The notes below the pieces were generated by a model that ran no database searches, was not told the DNA's origin, and saw only the letters and a program-made list of their open reading frames with translations. The position numbers were made by a program, and so were the translations under genes. Shown here in pieces: positions 25,914 to 32,000 of a stretch of 32,000 bases of DNA. The DNA comes from Desulfobulbus propionicus (GTDB lineage Bacteria; Desulfobacterota; Desulfobulbia; Desulfobulbales; Desulfobulbaceae), in assembly GCA_002748755.1 (NCBI GenBank), contig PDTD01000017.1, positions 4,747 to 36,746 on the forward strand, read 5' to 3'. Every line of letters starts with the position of its first letter. Position 1 is the first letter of the stretch.

Positions 25914-26539
25914 TACGAATTGGCATTGGGATTTGCCTTTAATGCAGCAATCTTGGCTTCAAGTTGCGCCATGAGTCCCTCGAACTTTTCTTTCCGTACT
26001 ATTGTCTGAAATTGCTCCAGATAATTCCGAATCAAGCTGACGCCCTCGACAACAACGTCATAAATGAGCCACTTCTCTCCTCTCTGGATCAGAATATAGG
26101 ATACAGGTATCTGGGTGCTTCCATCCAGAAACATGGTCTGCACTTCCGCCCTCCTGCCCCGAATTCTCTCCTTGAGGAACTCTATTCGTTGCCCTGAGTA
26201 CCTGTCAACCTGGCGGACATACGCATATTTTAACAATTCTGTAAACAGCTCGGTAAATTGAGATTTCTCCTCTTTGGACAGGGAGCGCCACTGCGAACCA
26301 AGAACCCGTTTGGACATTTCTTCAAAGTCAAACCCTTGGCGAGCCACAGACATAACCTGCTCAACCTTGTCCTCGTTATTTTTCATGGAGTAGGAAGCAT
26401 CGGCTAAGATCTCGGTAATTTCACTTATCATCGGTTGCAGTTGTTCTGTCGGCCCCTGCGCTATCGCAACGGCTTGCTCTGCAAGCCCCCATAAACAGAA
26501 AAAAGGAATCATAAGGATAATAAAAAAATATCGTTTCAT
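25913..26539 (-). CDS. mlaC: MlaC/Ttg2D-family periplasmic lipid-binding protein
   Basis: 208 aa from MKRYFFIILMIPFF (signal peptide), preceded by GGGAGAG. The central FDFEEMSKRVLGSQWRSLSKEEKSQFTELFTELLKYAY region matches the MlaC/toluene-tolerance family pattern. The track ORF extends to 26644 without support. Confidence 0.75.
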   Translation of the reverse strand: MKRYFFIILMIPFFCLWGLAEQAVAIAQGPTEQLQPMISEITEILADASYSMKNNEDKVEQVMSVARQGFDFEEMSKRVLGSQWRSLSKEEKSQFTELFTELLKYAYVRQVDRYSGQRIEFLKERIRGRRAEVQTMFLDGSTQIPVSYILIQRGEKWLIYDVVVEGVSLIRNYLEQFQTIVRKEKFEGLMAQLEAKIAALKANPNANS

Positions 26540-26703
26540 TTTTCTCTCCCGGTTATTCCATGCGAATACACATGCTTCGCAGAGAGTAGAACTCAACAAA
26601 AGGGGAACGTCTTCCCTATCCACAATAGTCACAATAGTGCACACTCAAGACATTTGCAATATATGTCCCAATACAGCACGTCTGGCATTCTGATTGCGCG
26701 CAG

Positions 26704-26952
26704 CTCGAATTTCTCATCAGCTCAAGCCAAATTCCTCATAATAATTGTAAGCAAAAAAAAATAATATAAAAACGATTCCTTAAAAAAGAGCGACTTTGTA
26801 GCAAATAGCTCCAAAATATTCCCCAAAAGCGGCAGCGCCAGAGTGGACTATGGGCCCATTGTGCCCAAGATCCAGACTGGGTATTGGCGACATAGCCATC
26901 TGTTTCTTATTTTTTTCTCTCAAACGAGACTAAATATTCATAAGCGATGCGG
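26704..26952 (+). repeat. Degenerate MITE-family copy F, whose R arm overlaps the MFS gene 3' end
   Basis: L-like CTCGAATTTCTCATCAGCTCAAG at 26704-26726. Tail CATCTGTTTCTTATTTTTTTCTCTCAAACGAGAC followed by R-like ATTCATAAGCGATGCGG. The interior is largely replaced or diverged. Confidence 0.4.
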
Positions 26953-28305
26953 TGTAAGCCGCGGCAGGCAGATCAGGGAGACCAGGCCCAATCCCACCAA
27001 CAGATACCAGGGAAACCAATGGAGAGAGTCTATAAAGGCGGCATTTTCTATGAGAGGTTCATCCCACTGGGGATGGGCCAGACGTTGCTTTTCTCTGGAC
27101 ATGAAGAGCAACCCCGCATAGAGCATCCCGATCAGGCCATAGGCAGCGTTGAAGGCCAACCCCTTAAAACTCAAGACAGTTGCCCTTTCTGCCGAGGAGG
27201 TCATCGCGTTGAGATAGTGGCTAGTAAAAAACGAGGTTGCCATCAATCCTAAAAAAATGATCAGCATGGGGAGTACCCCCAGATAGGGAATGAACAGGGT
27301 CAGGCCGAAAAGAGCGGAGAGCATGGCAACTGAAAGTACGGCCACATTAACACCGGGAGTGAAACGCTCCGTCATCCGGCGGGCCACCCTTGGAACCAGC
27401 AAGCCCACCACAGCGACCATCGACCCTAAAACACCAAAAGTCGATTCAGGGAGATGGATAAGACGATAGTACTGGCTGGTCATAGTCACCAAGAGACGCA
27501 AGGTGTGATCAAACACAGCGGCATAAAGAATGACTGCCAGGGCAAAAGGAGTTTTCAGTATCCACCTGCCTGCGGACATGGTCAAGCCTGTCACCGAGGC
27601 GACAGTGGTTCTCTTCCTTTCCTCTACAGACTTGTGCACCTGGGTATGTGGATCTTTCATCAAGAAGGTGACCAGACAGGCAAACAGAGAAAAGAGTAAG
27701 GTCAGGTAAACCGGATATCTCATCGTTACCTGCTGGGGCAACACCACATCTATGCCGGACCAGTGCAAAACCGCCTGCACCACTCCCGGATCGTATACTG
27801 CAGCGCCCAGGGTCATGGCGACCATAAACCCGACATTCTGAGCCCACATCTGCACCTCAAGTACCCTGGGCCATTGTTTCTCCATGCCCTGCTCTACCAG
27901 AGAATCGTAGGCCAGCGCCTCATCGGCACCACTGGCCATAGCCTCTGCCAGCCCACTGAGAATACGGTTCACCAGAAAAACTGAAAAAACCACCCGCATA
28001 TTACCCAAGGGAACAAAAGCGAGCAAAGCCATTTCAATCACCATGAGCAGACTCGTGGCAAGCAACAGTTTTCTTCGACCAAAAAAATCAGCCAAGGCGC
28101 CGGAAGGGACCTCAGCCAAAACTATGGTAAAAGCCCAGGCCGTGTTCAGCAGGGAAAACTGCTCTATGGTCAGTCCATAGTCAAGAAAAAGAATGGTGAA
28201 GACCGGATAATAAAAACGGGCATTAAAAAGCACACGAAAAAGGACAAAAAGCCTGATATTGGGCTCCCTAAAAGGGGATTTCTTTCCTGGCGCCATAGAA
28301 TTCAT
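26938..28305 (-). CDS. MFS transporter
   Basis: 455 aa with ~12 hydrophobic segments. A GRRK loop follows TM2 (DFFGRRKLLL), typical of the MFS motif A. Confidence 0.8.
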   Translation of the reverse strand: MNSMAPGKKSPFREPNIRLFVLFRVLFNARFYYPVFTILFLDYGLTIEQFSLLNTAWAFTIVLAEVPSGALADFFGRRKLLLATSLLMVIEMALLAFVPLGNMRVVFSVFLVNRILSGLAEAMASGADEALAYDSLVEQGMEKQWPRVLEVQMWAQNVGFMVAMTLGAAVYDPGVVQAVLHWSGIDVVLPQQVTMRYPVYLTLLFSLFACLVTFLMKDPHTQVHKSVEERKRTTVASVTGLTMSAGRWILKTPFALAVILYAAVFDHTLRLLVTMTSQYYRLIHLPESTFGVLGSMVAVVGLLVPRVARRMTERFTPGVNVAVLSVAMLSALFGLTLFIPYLGVLPMLIIFLGLMATSFFTSHYLNAMTSSAERATVLSFKGLAFNAAYGLIGMLYAGLLFMSREKQRLAHPQWDEPLIENAAFIDSLHWFPWYLLVGLGLVSLICLPRLTPHRL

Positions 28306-29291
28306 AAACAGTTAAATATAGCATCATATTGGACGTATTGTGTTTCTTTTTCTATACTTTCACTATCAAGTATCAAATGACGGACAGAGTCCAGCCAGTT
28401 TAACAATGAAGCTATCAGTAATCAGTACATTTCCATTTCATCTTTTACTTCTACTTATCAAAATCACTATTTCTCAGAATAGCAGATCCGGACAAAGTCA
28501 TCCCAGAGAATACCCTCACCCAGCATCCCCCAGCTGTTCTTTGGTTCCAGCTTTCCACCGAATCGCGTATGGAAACCGCCGAGGGCGCCAACGACAGCAC
28601 TTCAAGAGCATTATGTGCAAAGCTTTATAGGCGATCTCGTTATTTTTGCTTGCACACCCTACTGTATTCCAAAAAATTATCTCAGCATTATCAGCTAATT
28701 ATTTATTTTTTTTAGGGAAATCCAGTTATTCCATATAAAAGCATTGCATGTCAACAAAATAATGGGTAGTGGTACATTCCATTTAAAAGTTGCTGATCTT
28801 TCTAGATCTTTCAAACTTATCCAGGAAGTTTCAGTGTTAGAATACACCTCGCCCCCCTTGCCAAGACATCCTCTGACCTGCTTTGTGTTTGTTATTCCTC
28901 CTAACCAATGTCACCCAAACCACTGCAGGAGGGCAACTTCGGGCACAACTTTGCCTTCAAGTTGATATGGGAACCGAAAAATTTAAACAAGTTAAAAACT
29001 TCATCAGACAAATCTGTGGGTAAAAACAAGTACAGGCAAATATACAAGGTTATGATATAGCTTGATTTCTCTGAGTGTATCGCTTCTCAAACCATAGGAT
29101 TTTCTCATGGTCAGTGTTGCTTTCTTGTTCAACCCTTCCCCTATGCCTGCTGAAAACTCTTTGTTTGCATGAAAGGAGTTCAGGATCAGCGGCTTGTGGT
29201 GTCCCAGGCAAGGGCTCCCTTTTTAAGGTAAGGTGATTTGATGAGGAAACCCTCATGGCTCATGCCTGAGAAAAAATGGAGAAGTGCTTTA

Positions 29292-29640
29292 TCAGGCGCT
29301 TACGGTAATACTGGCACATGGGGAGACATAACCGCCATGATCCAGTGCGACATGCTGCTTGATACCAGTTAAACGGAACTCGGTCCAAGGGAATACTGAA
29401 AGGCAGAGATCGAAAATGGAAGTATCCAACGAGTACAGTTTGTTCTTAAACTTGCACTTCTTTTGTCTTGGAGCAAGAGTGGCACAGCGCTGGTGGATCT
29501 TTTCAGATTGTTTTGGCATCAGCAAGTGTAGCTTTTTTCACTTGGTGTGTCCCTAAATGGTTGAGCATGCCCGCCTGTGTCTGCAGACCTTATCTTTTAT
29601 CGTAACCGTCCAGCAGTGACTTTACATTACGATTCCATGA
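29292..29640 (-). pseudogene. Decayed IS4-family (DDE_Tnp_1) transposase remnant, N-terminal part only
   Basis: Minus-strand frames read ...AGMLNHLGTHQVKKATLADAKTI* and then, after a frameshift, KFKNKLYSLDTSIFDLCLSVFPWTEFRLTGIKQHVALDHGGYVSPCASIT. This pattern matches the conserved LYHxGI..V.RSTLADAN ... YALDSTTIDLCLSxFPWAxFRxTKxAIKLHTLLDLRGxIPxFIxIT region of IS4-family transposases. Stops and frameshifts are present and the DDE C-terminal two thirds are missing. Confidence 0.45.
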
Positions 29641-29910
29641 CCTTTATAACTCCGGGTATGCGTTTACAGGATAAACCAGATACTTGTTGGCGGTGCAATG
29701 TAATCATCGCTTCGAGCGTGTTGGGATGGCTCCATAATGCCGAACCGCACCGCCTTGCTCTTCGTCTGCAGCGAACAATGACAATAATGTTTTTATGGGT
29801 ATCCAATCTTTCATCTTTTATGGTATTCTTTTTCATGCCCTGCCTCCTTGGTTATGGCTCTTTATTGTATTCATCAATGTGTCTCTCAACCCCCACATTG
29901 GCAAGGATCA

Positions 29911-31179
29911 ATGAACAGGGAACAATCTGCCGGAGAACCGGCTTTTATCTGTCCAAGCTGCAGTCTGATTATGCAAGCAGCTGCGCCCAGCCCCCATCAT
30001 GGGCTCAAGTGCCCCCGTTGCGCAAAAAACATCTTTAAATACAGGCGCAACTCTCTGGAAAAGACGCTGGCGTATAGTTGTACAGGGCTACTTCTCTTTC
30101 TTCCTGCGGTCTCTCTCCCCCTTTTAACCCTGAGTGTCCTTGGACTTGAATCCAGCAGTTCACTGGCAGGAACAGTATCAACTCTTTTCCACGAGCACGA
30201 TTATCTGGTGGGTTCCGTTGTTCTCTATACGGCGATCTTCGCCCCCCTCTGCATCCTGGCAATACTCTTTCTCGTCTGCTTGGGTATCATCAGACAGTGG
30301 CCGCGCAAGCCCCTGGCAGCACTCTTTCGGCTTTATCACCACCTGTACCTGTATGAATGGGCCATGACCGATGTCTTTCTCATTGGCATTTTTATAACCA
30401 CCATCAAAATGAAGCACAGCAGTACCATCACCTTTGATATTGGTTTTTTTTGTTTTACAGGGCTTGTCCTCATGATCCTTGCCGCGCAATCGACAGCCTC
30501 CGCCCATGTGTTCTGGGAATTACTGGCCCCTTCTTCCAGCGCCCCCGCCAGTTATCGCGTCACGGACAATCAGCTCCCTGCCCCCCCCATACTCTGCTAC
30601 TGCTGTCACAAAGTCATACCGAGCGTCTCCTCACCACTCCCAAAAACCTGTACTCGCTGCGGGAGCGTCCTGTACCGAAGAAAAAAAAACAGTATCAGTC
30701 GAACCTGGGCTTTTTTGCTCACTGCTGTCATTTTCTCCTTTCCTGCCAACATGTTACCTATCATGGAAGTTGAGTCTTTCGGCATCCCGGCCCAATCAAC
30801 GATACTGGACGGCATTCTCTATTTTTTTCGTGAAGGATCATACGGTATAGGGCTTATCATTTTTACTGCGTCAATTCTGGTTCCTCTGTTTAAAATATCA
30901 GGTCTTTCCATACTGCTCCTCTCCATCCAACTGAACTGGAAGTCCTGGTTACGCCACAAAACCATAATGATGCGCTGTATCCAATTCATCGGTCGTTGGT
31001 CGATGCTGGATATCTTTGTCATTACCTTGCTGTCGGCCCTGGTTCGGTTTAACTATCTATCATCTATACAGGCCGCACCGGCCGCACTGTATTTCACAGG
31101 CGTTGTCATATGCACCATGCTGGCGGCTACAACCTTTGATATTCGACTGATCTGGGACAGCACAGAAAGGCTCTCCTGA
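29911..31179 (+). CDS. pqiA: Paraquat-inducible protein A family membrane protein (two PqiA repeats)
   Basis: Two repeats, each with a CxxC...CxxC pair (CPSCS...CPRCA and CYCCH...CTRCG) followed by TM helices. Ends 11 nt before pqiB. The start is uncertain: the ORF is open from 29848, and I chose the Met at MNREQSAGEP. Confidence 0.8.
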   Translation: MNREQSAGEPAFICPSCSLIMQAAAPSPHHGLKCPRCAKNIFKYRRNSLEKTLAYSCTGLLLFLPAVSLPLLTLSVLGLESSSSLAGTVSTLFHEHDYLVGSVVLYTAIFAPLCILAILFLVCLGIIRQWPRKPLAALFRLYHHLYLYEWAMTDVFLIGIFITTIKMKHSSTITFDIGFFCFTGLVLMILAAQSTASAHVFWELLAPSSSAPASYRVTDNQLPAPPILCYCCHKVIPSVSSPLPKTCTRCGSVLYRRKKNSISRTWAFLLTAVIFSFPANMLPIMEVESFGIPAQSTILDGILYFFREGSYGIGLIIFTASILVPLFKISGLSILLLSIQLNWKSWLRHKTIMMRCIQFIGRWSMLDIFVITLLSALVRFNYLSSIQAAPAALYFTGVVICTMLAATTFDIRLIWDSTERLS

Positions 31180-31190
31180 GCAGGTACCCC

Positions 31191-32000
31191 ATGGAACAAC
31201 CCATTCAAAAACAAAAACTTGTTTTGTCCCCCATCTGGATACTGCCCCTCTTAGCCCTGTGTTTGGGAGGCTGGCTTCTGTACACGGGGGTGCGTGAAGC
31301 AGGCATAGACATCACCGTCCATTTTCAGGATGCAAACGGTATCACCCCAGGGAAAACCAAGGTGATCTTCAAAGGCATCCCCATAGGTACCGTGCAGGAC
31401 GTTACTGTTGACCAGAATATGAGCGGCGTCAACATTCTCATTGAAATGAAAAACAGTGCCCGTTCCCTGTTGGTGGAGGACACCGCCTTCTGGCTGGTTA
31501 AACCGGAAGTCTCTGCAGGCCGCATAAGCGGGCTGGACACCCTGCTCAGCGGTACCTATATAGGTGCTCAAAAGGGCAAATCCGACCAATCGGCCTCTTT
31601 TTTCAAAGGGCTGCCAGAAAAGCCTCCCCTTGACCCTGCAATTCCAGGGCTCAGATTCACCTTGATAGCGGATGATCTCTATTCACTGCAACGAGAATCC
31701 AAAATTTATACCAAGAACCTCCAGATAGGGCACATTGAACATTACTTTTTACGAGAAGACGGGAAGATTGCTTTCAACGCATATATCAAACCACAGTTCA
31801 GCCATCTGATCAAAAATGAAACCAGGTTCTGGAACTCCAGCGGCCTCTCCCTGACCGGTAACCTGCAGCAGGGCGTGTCCGTCGATATCGAATCCATCGC
31901 CTCCCTTGTTTACGGTGGTATCAGCTGCCATACCCCTGAAGATATGGAGCAGCAGACAACCCCTGCTGAGTCTGGTGCCATTTTCGCCTTGCACAAAGAT
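31191..32000 (+). CDS. pqiB: PqiB/MCE-domain lipid-transport protein, N-terminal 270 codons (runs off the window end)
   Basis: Open frame from the ATG at 31191: MEQPIQKQKLVLSPIWILPLLALCLGGWLLY (TM anchor), then the MCE-domain pattern ITVHFQDANGITPGKTKVIFKGIPIGTVQDV and a second domain start RFTLIADDLYSLQRESKIYTKNLQIGHI. Absent from the ORF track because there is no stop codon in the window. Confidence 0.8.
   Translation, partial: MEQPIQKQKLVLSPIWILPLLALCLGGWLLYTGVREAGIDITVHFQDANGITPGKTKVIFKGIPIGTVQDVTVDQNMSGVNILIEMKNSARSLLVEDTAFWLVKPEVSAGRISGLDTLLSGTYIGAQKGKSDQSASFFKGLPEKPPLDPAIPGLRFTLIADDLYSLQRESKIYTKNLQIGHIEHYFLREDGKIAFNAYIKPQFSHLIKNETRFWNSSGLSLTGNLQQGVSVDIESIASLVYGGISCHTPEDMEQQTTPAESGAIFALHKD

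Noticed and set aside
17498-26952. Whether the dispersed repeats could be a CRISPR array or a DGR template/variable repeat pair.
   Set aside because: The copies are ~130-220 bp, irregularly spaced over kilobases, in both orientations and separated by genes. There are no short regular spacers, no cas genes and no reverse transcriptase. Differences between copies are not adenine-specific.

Overview
Bacterial chromosomal window. Gene content and order (atpF'-atpF-atpH-atpA, ole genes, acs, alaS) suggest a Desulfobacterota/deltaproteobacterial genome, but that is only an inference. Positions 1-1807 (minus strand) hold part of an F-type ATP synthase operon. Positions 1975-14194 (minus strand) form a 12-gene lipid locus. 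It contains a complete oleABCD head-to-head olefin module directly preceded by a DUF1232 protein and a dedicated type II FAS-like set: KS, ACP, FabG, FabZ-like, FabI-like and two CrtI-fold flavoenzymes. I think this fusion is the most interesting coding feature. alaS and acs follow on the minus strand. The right half carries membrane and lipid-trafficking genes: an MMPL/RND exporter, DUF2892, trxB, an MlaC-like protein, an MFS transporter, and pqiA plus the start of pqiB. A previously unannotated ~220-bp MITE-like repeat family occupies almost every sizeable intergenic gap, with at least 6 substantial copies plus fragments. It has ~17-bp terminal inverted repeats and TA flanks. Its termini often fuse to the stop codon of the upstream gene. 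Its ~80-bp central core is bounded by short inverted repeats, is flipped in one copy relative to the others, and is deleted in another. A gene-poor region at 28.3-29.9 kb contains a decayed IS4-family transposase remnant. No rRNA, tRNA or CRISPR array was seen.
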